This document shows, piece by piece, positions 12,073 to 24,181 of a stretch of 64,000 nt of DNA (its first letter is position 1; each line of letters starts with the position of its first letter). The position numbers and the translations under genes are program-made. The DNA comes from Pelomyxa schiedti. Its lineage: Eukaryota > Protista > Evosea. A model generated the notes under the pieces. That model worked only from the letters and a program-made list of their open reading frames with translations, had not been told where the DNA came from and did no database searches. Location of the stretch: assembly GCA_020536535.1 (NCBI GenBank), contig JAHLWZ010000792.1:62001-126000 (forward strand), in the 5' to 3' direction.

Positions 12073-13012
12073 TTAAATGGCAATTTCCCACGCAACTCCC
12101 CCCAGATGATACAAGCAATCCTTCCACAGCAATCCTATTTCTACCACTTTAGCACTTGTAATTTCCTCACACAATAAAAAACAACCTTCAACGATCCTCT
12201 TTGGTTTATTTTTTTTTATTTTTTTTTTTACTTTGTGAACCACTGGTTTGTGGAAACAAGTAAATTAAAAAAAACCAGCCAGGCTACAATTACAATGAAG
12301 CTCCTTTCTGCCATTTGAAGTCCCCTCTCTTTCCTTTTGACCAAAGTTTGGCAATGTTTGGTTCAGAAACAGACGCCGATCCAACCTGGCTCAGCTTGCC
12401 CTTTGTTGTTGATAGCTCGAGCAAATGAATTGAATCCAACCAGGGGCACAGGTTGATGACACACGGCGTTTTGTTGGATGAGCAGCAAGGCGCGATGAAG
12501 ACACGGCCATCATCATAAGGATCACCACTGTGATCACAGTGACAACTCATGTTGTTGCTGCTGTTGTTGTTGATATTGCTGTTGTTGTGCAGGTGTTGAT
12601 GCTGGCCATCAGAACAAGGGTGAAGACAGGCAGACTGGGGGTCCTCAAGGTCCAGGAAGGATGGCAATTGCGGAGTATGGGACTGCGGCCCAAGCCTGGG
12701 TGTGAGGGGCACGTGGGCGTGTGCGTTGAGCATTTGTTTGCGTGAAATGATGGTGGTTGCGTTGGTTGGTCTTTTCGGGGCAAGAAAAAAATCCCCGGAG
12801 ATTAGGAGCAAACCGGGTGTGGACGTCCTCGCCGCTTTTTCCACTCTAAACATAGCACCAGCTGATATGACAAGCACCATTTCCCCGGATGTGGCGCTAA
12901 AAATGCTTTTCGAGAAAAAACTTTCACCCGTTAAAACTCACGTCGTCGTGTTTGATTTCCCGAAAGCCACAGATTTCCCTCCTTCTGCCCCTGCCTCTGC
13001 TATCCTCAGCAT
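12073..13012 (-). CDS. Hypothetical protein
   Basis: 196-aa ORF 12290-12880 with Asn-rich linker, flanked by plausible introns. No domain recognised and both ends uncertain. Confidence 0.35.
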
Positions 13013-13349
13013 TTCTTCTCATTTGTTCTGATGCATGGCTCCCTCGTACCAAAACAAAACTTCTCTCATTCAACTGCCCCATGAGATCCTACTAGGCAAC
13101 CGCCCAAAAGATTTCAGTTTTCAAAACAACAAAAATGATGAACGACTTGCCTCGTGGCCTGCCGACTACGCAACCGATGCCCTACAACCAGCCCTCAGTG
13201 AGTTTATTTATTTTATGTTTTGTCATCGGTAGTTCCTTTGCTCCCCTTTTGTGCCAGTGTCATACTAGTTGCTTCTTTATTAACACTATATTTCCCCTGG
13301 CACGCCAATAAAGAGTTTTGACCAACTTTTGGGCTTGTCATTTGCCACT

Positions 13350-15007
13350 ATGAGCTCACAGCCCAATTCAGGCTACCCTCCCATAATCCCAACAACCACT
13401 CCCCCTGCCTACGCACCACTATCGCTTCCTCCTGCTCCACCACCAACAGATATGCAACAAAACCAACAGCAGTCTTCTCCTAATCCTAATTCTGGCGCCC
13501 CGCCACCGCCTCCTCCACCAATGCAAATGCAACCTCAAATGCAACTGCAGGAGCAGAATAACTTTAGTACCACTGGAGTACAACAGCCACAGCAAATTCA
13601 ACCTCAGTCACAGTCAATTCAGAACTTAGAGCAGGTTTGTGATTGCCTTGTTTGTGCAGGCGTAGTAGAAGTAGTAATTCGGATTAGAGGTTTGGGGTTT
13701 GTTTAGTAAAAATACATTGTTGTATTTTCACTTAATATGAACTTCTCTATAGTGGAAGCAGTTCTTTGCCAATGGCTTTGCTACAATTGAATCAAGGTTG
13801 GCGTCCTTGGAACAAAAGATTACCAATCTCTCAGCTCTTGTTGCACAACATAGTGCCCAATTAAATCCGTACGTTTCCTCCACCTTTTTCACTTTATTTA
13901 ACTTGCCTCTGTTTAGGTCAATTCAATCACCGCTTATGGGTGCTCCTCCATCCTCCAGTATGCCATCAAATTACTCTCCACCTGTAAGGCTTCCCCAGCA
14001 ACTTCCTTATCAGTACAATCCTCTGTCACAATCCGTTCCAACCACTGCCAAGCCGGTCAATGATACATCGTCAGATGAAGTACGTTCCACATCAACAAAA
14101 CGAAAATCGATTGTAACGATTTTCCCCATAACATCCACAGGAATTAGCAAGACAACTTCAGGCCGAGGAAAATCGCCTTGCCCAGCAACCAAATAAACCT
14201 CAGCCTCCACAACCGCAGCCTTCCCAGACACAACCCACCAGTGCTTCTTCTGTGCAAATGGTACCAGATAAAACACTTCTGTGTCTGAACACTTTCAATT
14301 GCAGATCTGTGGGTTGTGCGGCAAAGTATGTACCGCAGGTACAATTCAGCAGCACATGCAGCTTCATACTGGAAATACACATACACCCCTTCAAGTAGTT
14401 TCACAGAGTGTAGGTTCGTTCGTTTTTATTTAACTTCTTCCCCTAACTGGCAGTTATTTAGTTGGACAACCTACAAATAATAGAACGAATGATCGCAATC
14501 CACCGCCACCAGGGTTCTTCTCCTCGTTCTTTGGTGGTAATCTCCATTTCTTTTAGATATATTACCCGGAATGACACAAACCTCTAGGAACTGCCGACAA
14601 ATCCATCGGGGCTTCCCAGGCTCAGCCCCCAACCAAATCGGTTCACCTGATGCCTCCCGGGTTTTCCGATCAACAGCAGCAAGCACTCCTTCAACAGCAA
14701 CAACAACAGCAACAGCAACTGCAACTCCAACAGCAACAACAACTGCAACTCCAACAGCAGCAGCTCGCTCAACAACAATTAATGCAGCAGGCTCAGCTGG
14801 CCCAGCAGGGACTCGCTCCTATGGTCCCTACACCACTCCCTGGGTATGTTATTCTCCCTACGCTCCTTTCTCTAAATGCTGTTTTATAACTCACATAACC
14901 ACACAGCCAACCACCGTACTCCACAGTGTACCAAAATTACCAGTACGCACAAACATTCCATTCTTTCATTACTTTAACTCGAGCAACTTAGGTACCAGAG
15001 AGTGTGA
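13350..15007 (+). CDS. Pro/Gln-rich protein with coiled coil, MIU-like ubiquitin-binding motif and C2H2/UBZ-like finger
   Basis: Spliced SSDE|ELARQLQAEE. ICGLCGKVCTAGTIQQHMQLH. Poly-Q tract near 14670-14790. 3' end approximate. Confidence 0.6.
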
Positions 15008-15126
15008 TGGAACTTGTGTTGTTGTCAAAAACACCCACCCGCCATCAAAACAAAATTTTTTACGAGAACCATTTTCCGGAAACGCGTATCTAGATTTTTT
15101 TGGTGCAGTGGCAGATCTCGTGCATA

Positions 15127-17544
15127 ATGATACGGGCGGCGGTGTCGGGGGAGCGTATACGATACATTGCGGATGGTTTCGATTTGGATCTCGCTTGTAC
15201 GATGCATCTTTTCTTTGTTGGCTCACAGTAACCAATTTGCAGATATTACGACGCGGATTATCGCCATGGCCACTCCGGGCATCACGGCATCGCAAAAAGT
15301 TCCCCTCTTGTTAGGTTGTACAATTGTGACTCAACTGCTTTCATTAGGTGTATCGAAATCCATTACCTGCAGTGCAGAGGTTCTCTTTCTCCTTGAGAAA
15401 TTAATGGCTTATTGTGTAAAGATTTTTCAATCAGCGACACAAAGGCAAATACATGATATACAATCTTTGTTCAGAGGAGTACTGCCAATACGAGCCTACA
15501 GTATTTGATTACCAAAGTACACCCAAAGACCATTGTCTGTTATACTAAATTTGTGAAATTACAGTCACTCAGATCCCCTTCCAGGACCACCATGCCCCGC
15601 CCATCAATTTGATATCCCAGTTTTGCCACAGGTTTCATCCCTCTTGAGCACACTGTCGTATTTGACTTACATCTGACAGTGTCGATTCCTGGTTGGGAAC
15701 CGACCCGAAAAATGTTATAGCAGTTCATTGCAAAGGTGGCAAGGTATGATGTTGACCTGATACTGGTCAAAACAAAAAAAAACCGCCACCCTTTTCCTTT
15801 CAACGAGTAGTGTACCTACATTTTAAATGGGATACAGGGAAGAACGGGATTGATGATTTGTTGTTACCTTGTACACAAAGGAATGACTGCTGAAGAATCT
15901 CTGAAAGAGTTTGGAAAGCAGCGAGGAAAGGTGATTGATTAACTTTACACTGGCAGTGGCAACTCACTTTGTTTAGAATGTCACAGGACCCTCTCAAATT
16001 AGGTATATACACTATTTCGAGCAAGTGACCAGGCGGGAAGTGGAACCTTTGCCAATTCAACTTCCCTTATTACTGGCACGAATTCACCTCATCGGCGAAA
16101 ATCGGTTAGGTGAGATGTCCTTCTAGCAATCATTTCATTAGTCATTCATTTTTTCTCAGAACCTCAGCTGACAGCGAATTTTGAAAATACGGAAATACAT
16201 CTAAATTCCTCCGTAGGCATTAGCTACCCTTTTTCCCCCTGAGTAAATATAATAGATGAATGTGCACTCCAACTACATTGACATCAATTGCGGTGGCTCC
16301 ATTTTGAAAGGAGGTTAAGGGTTCTTTTGTTTCTCAAGTCCTTACTCTATTCTCACAGATGTGGAATTCAATATGTTTTTCAACTTCCTTCCTTTTCTTT
16401 TGTTTTACACTCAATACAGTTTTGATAAGAGAGAAAGTATTGCTATGTTCACAATCCACACAGCGTTTGTTGACCCTAAGGTTCCTCTATTTTTACCAGC
16501 CTCGGAGATTGATAAATGTCGCAGTGAAGTTGAAGGCAAAATTGTCTGCGTAGTTCACTGCAAAATGAATGGACTAATTCCGCCCAGACAACGGTCGGAT
16601 GCATAAAGTCTGTTGAACTCTGTTTTGCTCAGGCGATTCCAGACCCATCCCTGTTATGGGAAAAGTACTCAACTTTCTTTTCTACCAATTCAAACCTTCT
16701 TGCAGTCGTACAGATCGATTCAGGGCAGTAGAAGTTCTACAAATTCCAACAAAGACAGTTGTGCATTCCTGTGCCCCGAATGGCACATTGACGGCCTCCT
16801 GGTTCCTCAAGAATGGTGGAAAAACTTGGGTTGAAGGTTGCAAAGTGATGCTCCTACGAGGGCCTGAAACAGGGAGCTACCCGCCAGTTATTTTACCACC
16901 TCTTGGTCAAGGTACACCCCTGTACTAACATTCAAATTCTCAACATTGCGCGAAGGTCAAGTTATTTTGGCCACAACTACCGTCATAGCACCGTACAAGT
17001 CAGGAGAGTATGTGACCAGTTGGAGCTGTTCAGATCCCTCTGGTGCATTATTTGGAGATATTCTATCGTTTTCTTTCACTGTACTTTTATCAAGTTCAGA
17101 AAGCGATAACACAACCACCACCGACATCAGAGCATCACCAACCACCCCACATGCAATTGTAGCATTATCGAGTACATCACCCTCGACCAAGATTGCAGCC
17201 ACGGTACTGTTCTTACTTATCTCCTTTGAAAATTAACATTGTTGTCCTTCAGCCAGAAGAGGACAAAGCACGAACCTCCCGAAGAGCCCAGTTCGGAGAG
17301 GCTATTGTATGGAAGTTTGCCCGTAACTATCACTCACGGAACTTTGTTTTTTCTGCAGAGAAACCCCCAACAACTTCTTGATGATGTCTTCAAGATGAAT
17401 CTGGAAAACCAGCGGCTGGTTCAGGAACTTGAGCAGCTTCAATCCGACTGTGATGCGATTACCGCAGAAAACCTACTCTTGAGAACACGGCTGGAACAAC
17501 ACCAAGCCTCTTCTGAAAACACCGACCCTCAAACAAATCACTAA
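15127..17544 (+). CDS. PTEN: PTEN/TPTE-family phosphoinositide phosphatase + C2 + NBR1-type FW domain + coiled coil
   Basis: DGFDLDLAYITTRIIAMATP, VYRNP, YMIYNLCSE, PFQDHHAP, catalytic HCKGGKGRTG, GPSQIRYIHYF. FW domain: SWFLKNGGKTWVEG...APYKSGEYVTSWSCSDPSGALFGDILSFSFTV. Confidence 0.88.
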
Positions 17545-17617
17545 TGCAAAAGCAAGCAACAAAAAAAAAGTAGCTTCTATTCACAATTTGTATTTGATGT
17601 GCCAGCCGTGAGTGGGT

Positions 17618-18759
17618 TTATTTATCCATGGGCAATGTGGTTGGGAAGCCAAGTTCCGTCATCAGGCCTTGGAATCCTGTCATGAAGGAAACAAGGAATT
17701 GCTGTACAACTTGACTGGGCACAAAATCGTCCAGTGAGGTGGCATCCAGGTCCAATATTTTCTGAGCCGGGTTTAATTCATGGTAGAGAAAAGAGAGGAA
17801 CGAAAATGGGGAACAAACCTGTTCTTCAGCAGATTGTTGCAGTAAGTCAAAGAATCTTTGGAAGTCAAGTCCAAGCATTGTTCGAATATCAAGGAGATTG
17901 AAGAGGTCCTGGAGTGTGTCCCGGTGGAAGAAAATGGTGTCGGGTTGGTCTGATTGGTTGTTGGTTTTTTTCACTTTATCAGGCTTTGTTAAGTGGGAGA
18001 TGTGATATACCAGCCCATGTTGCTGTTGACATATTTTCCGATACAAGGTTCATTATCCAGGCAACAACGGCATCTATTCCGTTTGGCTTGTTCATCTGCT
18101 CTCTGGTTAAGAAATTGCCGGTTCAATGAGACACACATCATTCCACATCTTTAAAGTACAAAATGTCTGAAATTTCCTTGTTGCGTGCATTGGTTTCTCT
18201 GCAGTTCTCCAGTCTACATGCATTTGCGCAAATTCTAGTGCATCTGGCTGAGTTATCTTCCCCTATACAATGCAAAGCAAAGAAGAATGTAAGATGCCAA
18301 AAATGACATGAAACATGGGGACAGTACTGTTTTATTTTTGTCAAGAAAGTACAATGTGCCCACGTGGCGGAAATCAATCGGGTATTCCCTCGGTACACTA
18401 TCTTGTATTTCCAGTATCTAAACAATAACAAATTTAAAAAAAAGAAAAAAAAAATTGAACAATAACCCAAATTCAACAAACGAAATAAAGACAGAAGCAA
18501 CGACGCACGCACGCACTCTCGCTCTCACCTCGTGCAACACCACGTAGTCCCTGTTTGGCATGGGCCCAGGGGAGTACACCATCGACACCTCCGACCGCGC
18601 CGTGCTCCGTGCCGTGCTGCGCGCCGTGCTGCGGCTCGTGTTGCTTCGTCCGGTGGCCATGCTCGTGCCCGGCCGCGTGCTCAGCGCGTTGGCCGCCGTC
18701 TGCGTGTACATCGTGAACTGCGACGTGACGAACGTGATGTTGGATGCTGCTGTTCCCAT
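17618..18759 (-). CDS. Hypothetical protein, possible N-myristoylation (MGTAAS) and EF-hand-like C-terminus
   Basis: Exons MGTAASN...VVLHE|ILEIQDSVPREYPIDF... and QDLFNLLDIRTMLGLDFQRFFDLLQ. Middle exons unresolved. Confidence 0.4.
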
Positions 18760-19400
18760 GGTATTGTTACGTTGGTCCAACACCAAACAAGTTACTCTTC
18801 CCGTACTCCCTGATCAAGAATCTGTTTCGAATTAAGTTTTTCGGGCGATGAGACACTGGTCTTCCGCCGCGGAGTTTTGCCAATCATACTGCATTCAACG
18901 TGTCTTCCTCTTTTTATGGAATGACGTGGCTTCAAAACACAACAATGCACATAACATTGGGGAAATTGTACATCTGCTACAAAAAATACTTGGAAATGTC
19001 TTTAGGGAGGTGGAATGTACTGTCGCGGTTTTGAAGCACCTGCCAGTTGAGCCTTTCAAAGCAGAGTAGATGAAATGGTTGCCCTCACTCAGTATCTCAG
19101 AGGTAAAAGAAGTCCTATCACCGGGGAACTTCACCAAAGAAGACATTAGAGATGTAAATCTCTCTCGAGAGTACATGCTTTTATCAGCATTGAGATTATA
19201 AAAGGGTTCCCAGAGATAACAGCTACAATGTTCAAGGAGTGAGAAGTTCATGCACATGGCTATTGTAACACCCGGGCACATTGAGTTCACCATGAGGACC
19301 TGGGCCTGTCTTGTAGTGACTTTGCTGGGCCAGAGAAATGGCGGCACAGGCCAAAGCATGGTGGGGTTAAGAATTATTTTTGTTTTTACTGACGTAACAA

Positions 19401-20951
19401 TCAATATGTGGTTGAGAGGACAGAGATGATATGTTCTGGTGTTGGTCGAGAGTTCGGGTCCCTTTTTTTGTTTTTGTTGGATGAGTTGGTTCAAGCTAGT
19501 TTTTTTGAGAGTCAAGAAGCTATACCTAGTGAGGATTTGGCAGAGGAGGTCATTGAATGAGGGTGGAAGTTGCAGACTATGTTTACTGGTAAGGGTACCG
19601 CCACTTTGATAGAATTCAAACAGTGCCTCACAACTTTGAATATCGGGGGGTAGCACGTCATCTCCAACAAGAATCTAGTGTTATTTAAGTACATTACAGA
19701 ATTATTTACGTTATTGTGAAGCAAAACCTCAAGGACTATGACTAAATAGAAGGTTAGGATTGAATTTCAAAACCATGACTACCTCCCAAGGTATAAACAT
19801 CCGCTTTGTAGGGAACATATTCCTCTCCCAGAATAATTTCTGGGGCCTATAAATCCTAGGTTAACTGTGGAGTTAAGGACGCACTTACATGGTAGAGAAG
19901 GAAAAACTGGCTAGTTCTGGGCCCAAACTTTTTTGAGGGACTTGAGTAGTCGGTACACACATAAGAATATGGAAAACAGGTAACTTGATCACAATAAAAA
20001 TTAGTGGCGGAAACAGGTCCCTACCTTTAAGGACTTCATTAACAAAACCTAGATTGGAGGGCTGTGAGAGATGGGAGTGAATAGAGAGGTTGGAAGGAGA
20101 TGGAATACAAAGAGATCATGAACGACCCCCAAGTGCTTAAACAGAACAATTATCTTGGCTACATAAATTTGGTCAATCAACTGTTTAAATTGTAAATTTG
20201 CTCCAAACCAAGCTGCTGAGCAACAGATTGTGCAAAGACAGATTTCATTTCTTTTGGCAGTGTCATCGTCACAGATTGGAAAGGCTGGAACTTCTGGACG
20301 ACTGTATACCTCCCATAGTCATACTATAACATATGTAAGGCGTCGAAGCGATTTACTCATCACTACCCACAGATCAAAACAGAAAATGACATGACAGGAA
20401 TAGGGGTGTACTGGGTGCGTTGCAAGTTGTAATACCAGATCATCCATTTCATCCTTTTTGTGCTTTGTCTGTTAGATTTCCTTTTTGTTCTTAAAAACAA
20501 AAAAAAAAAAGGAAGCCAGGAGACAGGTAAAGAGAATACGTACATCTCTTGAAAAGTTCCTGGTGGAGGTAACAAGAGCCACTTCCACAGGTTGCAATGT
20601 TCGGGCAATCCAAAAGATAATTCCAGTGGTGAATTCCAGAGGGAGAGCTGCAAGAATGTTCCCAAGGTCACATCCCACAGATGTTCCTGAGTGCGCACAC
20701 GAGTGCCTGCACAGTACTATGGTCCTTACAATGGACTTGAATTCATGTGGGAACAGTGAGTGGTTGGCCGGATTCCACTCTGGAAACAACATGGTGCCAA
20801 GTTCAGCACGGAAATCAGAGGCACTATTACTGACATTCAATTTCACAACGAAGCAAAAAAGTGAGTGCCGACGTGTTCGGAACAGACCGCACCAAAACGC
20901 CTTTGATTCTGGCGACAATTCCACAACGAAACCACGCGGTGTCTTCATCAT
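19401..20951 (-). CDS. Divergent protein kinase-like (probable pseudokinase)
   Basis: C-lobe motifs YHAPEIILGEEYVPYKADVYTLG and RDPNSRPTPEHII. No clear GxGxxG, HRD or DFG. N-terminal EWNPANHSLFPHEFKSIVRTIVLC motif. Confidence 0.6.
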
Positions 20952-21087
20952 AAACAGAAATAACAGGTTCTACCTCGCCAACCCACAATTACTTCAATCG
21001 TTCTCTCACCCGCCGACGAAGAAAGTTCGGTTTTTGTCGTTTCGTGAATCGCTGCGATTGATAAAGGTTGAAAAACACACAGGGAGA

Positions 21088-22402
21088 ATGGCATCGGCTG
21101 CTACGGTCACGACCACGAAGAAACGGACTACGGTGCTGAGGGAAGCCATTATGGCACGTCGTGCCGTCGTAGTCCCTGGTCGGGGAAAAGTCTTTCTTTC
21201 TTTTTTTTTTTTTTTACTCCCTTTCGTAACCCATAATTTGTTTAGGGTGCCACGATGCTATGAGTGCTATGGTGATAGAGCAAACTGGATTCGAAGCAAC
21301 ACAGGTATTGTGGCGTTCTACCTTTTCATTCGAGCTTAGTGGCTGTGTGGTTGAGATTTCTGGGTTTGGACTTGCAGCTTCGATATTAGGCAAGCCAGAT
21401 GTTGGGCTTGTACAAATGAAAGATGTGCTGGACATGACGTGGAATATTGTCCAGGCTGTGAAGATACCCGTTATGGCTGATGTGGTATCAATCCCAATCC
21501 CCCGCACTTATTTGTAACTATAACTATCCGTCTACCTGCGCACTTTTTTTTTCCCTGCTTGTTTTAATGCTTTTGTATACAAAAGGATACTGGCGGTGGA
21601 AATGCTGTCAATGCAGCGTGGATCACACAGAGACTCCTTGCCATGGGTGTGGCTGGAATGAACATTGAGGATCAAGTATTCCCGAAGAGGTGTGGCCACA
21701 TGGCTGGAAAGGAAGTCATCTCGGCTGAGGAAATGGCCGGCAAAGTGCGGGCTTGTGCTGCCGTACGGGATGCTGCCGATCCTGATTTCATCATCAATGC
21801 GAGAACCGACTGTTATGCTTCCATGGGACTTGAAGAGGCAGTAAGAAGATGCAACTTGTAGTAGTGTCTATTTCGTTTCTGCAGTATAATAATTCAGACA
21901 GGTATTTGGAATCTGGTGCGGATTTAGTGTTTATCGATGGAATAAGAACACTGGCAGATATTAAGACTGTAAGTCACCAATTGAACCCAAAATTGAAATG
22001 TCACTTAATTCCAGGCCGTGGCAGCAATAAAGGGACCTCTTTCTGTTAACTTGATGGATGGTGTCACCGGTACTTTTTTCTTGCCTCCCTGTGCAAACTC
22101 AGTGTATTGCAGGAGTTAAAACTGAGCTTGTGCCCATTCCCACACTAGCTTCCATTGGAATAGGCCGAGTATCCATTCCCGTTGCCTCTATAATGGTCAC
22201 ACAACGAGCTCTGACAAACTTCTTCACTGAACTCAGGCAATCACCCACTGGCACACTTCCGGGGCAAACTCAATGGGTCCCTACATTCCAGCAGTTCACC
22301 AATTTCGTTGGTGCTGCTGAATACAAGGTAATGGAGGACACTTACCTTCCCCAACAAACTCTCACCCACAAGTATCATGGTGCCACCAGTTTGCACGAAT
22401 AA
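21088..22402 (+). CDS. Isocitrate lyase/PEP mutase superfamily enzyme (methylisocitrate lyase / 2,3-dimethylmalate lyase-like)
   Basis: VVPGCHDAMSA, PVMAD..DTGGG, NIEDQVFPKRCGHM, IINARTD, YLESGADLVF, joined across several GT-AG introns. Confidence 0.92.
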
Positions 22403-22425
22403 AAAAAAAGGGAGTGATGCATTTT

Positions 22426-23816
22426 TTAGCTTTTCAGTGGTACTTGATATAAAAATGACCCACACTTAATTTTTATCATGGACACATTTTGTCTGATGGG
22501 TGCATCATATGTATCAGTGAAAAGGTCCGTTGGGCAATTCAATAGTGAGTCTCCTAGTGCCCAGGCAACACTGACATGAGGTTGTGGGTTCTGAAGAAAA
22601 AATAAGCTGCGGAAATACAAAGCAAAAGTACCTGGTAGAAAACTGGTAGTCCAAAATCTGTCATCACTTGATCAACAGTTGCAATGAGAGATAGAATCTT
22701 GAGAATCTAGTTAGATTGGACCTAGGAGAATTGACATTTCAAATGAAAGAGGGAATAGGTAACCTTGTCAAGATTAAAAATGACTGGTAGGCATAAAAAA
22801 CAGCGAGATTTATCTTCATTTGGAAGGAAGTAAGGCTGTTGAGAGAACTCAGTAAAGAAGCTATTTGTGTTTTTATTCCCTTCATGTTAGTATTATTTCT
22901 CTGTACTACTGGAAAGTACCTGGAGTGTTTTGATAGGGCCGCATGAAGTGCATCAATTAGGGGTCGGATATGGAGGTGCCGCACTGCAAAGGCTTTGGAT
23001 AAACTGAGGTGCAAGTTCTCCGGTGGAGTGATATGAATTTTCCCATTTCCTCCAGTGTTCTTGGAAAAGACTTTAGCTTCAGCTATAACAGGTTTCTCCA
23101 CAACTGCTGCACTCGAAGTCGGTGTATCTGATGAGGGTAGGGGAATAGAATTTTCAGAGTGAAGTTTTTCGTGAAGCCACCCAGAGGCTTTCTGCACTAG
23201 TGGGGCGATATCTTTCTTTCCAATTGCAGTAACTGCTCTTTTGTTGGTTTCGTAAGTGGTTGGTCTAGGTAGGTTAACTTCCCCCTCTCTTTTTATAAAT
23301 CTTGTGCTTCATCCAAACGAAAAAAAGAAGAAGCCAAATGGCAATATAAGATAGTAGTGCTATATAAGGAAACTCGGAAAACACCAGCAACCAACCTTCA
23401 ATGAACACGTGAGAAGGGTAATTACCCTCTACGTGGGGGAAGGCCCTCTTCCTATTCTGGTGCAACGCGGGGTCGTCCACATGCTCCCCCTGCTGCTCCC
23501 GCCCACCCCCACCACCGCCTCCTGGTGCCCCGCTCCTCCCTCCCTCCTCCCCAAGCAACATGAACGACTCGGGCAGGGGAGGCGGGGCCGGCGGCGGCGC
23601 CGCCCGTCGCCTGGCCGATCCGGGGCCCTTGCTGGCCACAGGAATCGGAGACGGCAGCGACGTTGGTGTTGGTGTTGGTGTTGGTGTTGGTGTTGGTGTT
23701 GGTGTTGGTGTTGGTGTTGGTGTTGGTGTTGGTGTTGCTGTTGCTGTTGGTGTTGGTGTTGGTGTTGCTGTTGGTGTTGCTGTTGCTGTTGGTGTTGGTG
23801 TTGGTGTTGCTGTTGG

Positions 23817-23855
<39 letters not shown>

Positions 23856-23996
23856 GGGGAGGGGGGAGCTGGCAGGAAGGGCCGTGCGGGGGTGCTTGGG
23901 TGTGGGGCCCTGTGGTGGCTCCTCGTTCACATCGAGTCGCGTGTGGTCCTGCTCCTCCTCGTCCCCGCTGTCACCGTAAGCTGCGAGCTGGTCCAT
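22426..23996 (-). CDS. USB1: U6 snRNA phosphodiesterase (2H family)
   Basis: MDQLAAYGDS start, RAFPHVEGNYPSHVF, two HxS motifs (LHLSLS, PHVSVAW), C-terminal KCGSFLYQVPL. Confidence 0.92.
23661..23855. repeat. (GGTGTT)/(GCTGTT) coding microsatellite (Thr-Pro/Thr-Ala)
   Basis: Mixed hexamer array within the first USB1 exon. It generates the spurious long plus-strand ORFs. Confidence 0.95.
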
Positions 23997-24181
23997 CCAA
24001 ACGAGTCAGTTGGGTGGATTTCCCTAACCCTAACCCCTGCTATTCCTTCCCAGTTCCACAGACTTGCACCCAGGGAGCTGTATGCGGATGTGGGCCGAGT
24101 GCCGGCGTTCCTGGGGACTCTCTCTGACTGGAAAACCGGTTGAGTGGAGGAGAAAGATTTGCCCTTTGGAAACCGAAAAGA

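Noticed and set aside
12050-12115. Possible SECIS downstream of the TGA-containing lectin gene
   Set aside because: A hairpin with an AAA loop exists, but the 3' GA of the non-Watson-Crick quartet is not positioned correctly, and the region overlaps the neighbouring gene end.
18895-19370. Long minus-strand ORF after the kinase-like gene
   Set aside because: About 158 codons are open, but there is no recognisable motif or convincing splice link. Left unannotated.
20485-21339. 284-aa plus-strand ORF
   Set aside because: Antisense shadow of the kinase-like first exon, running into the first exon of the lyase gene.
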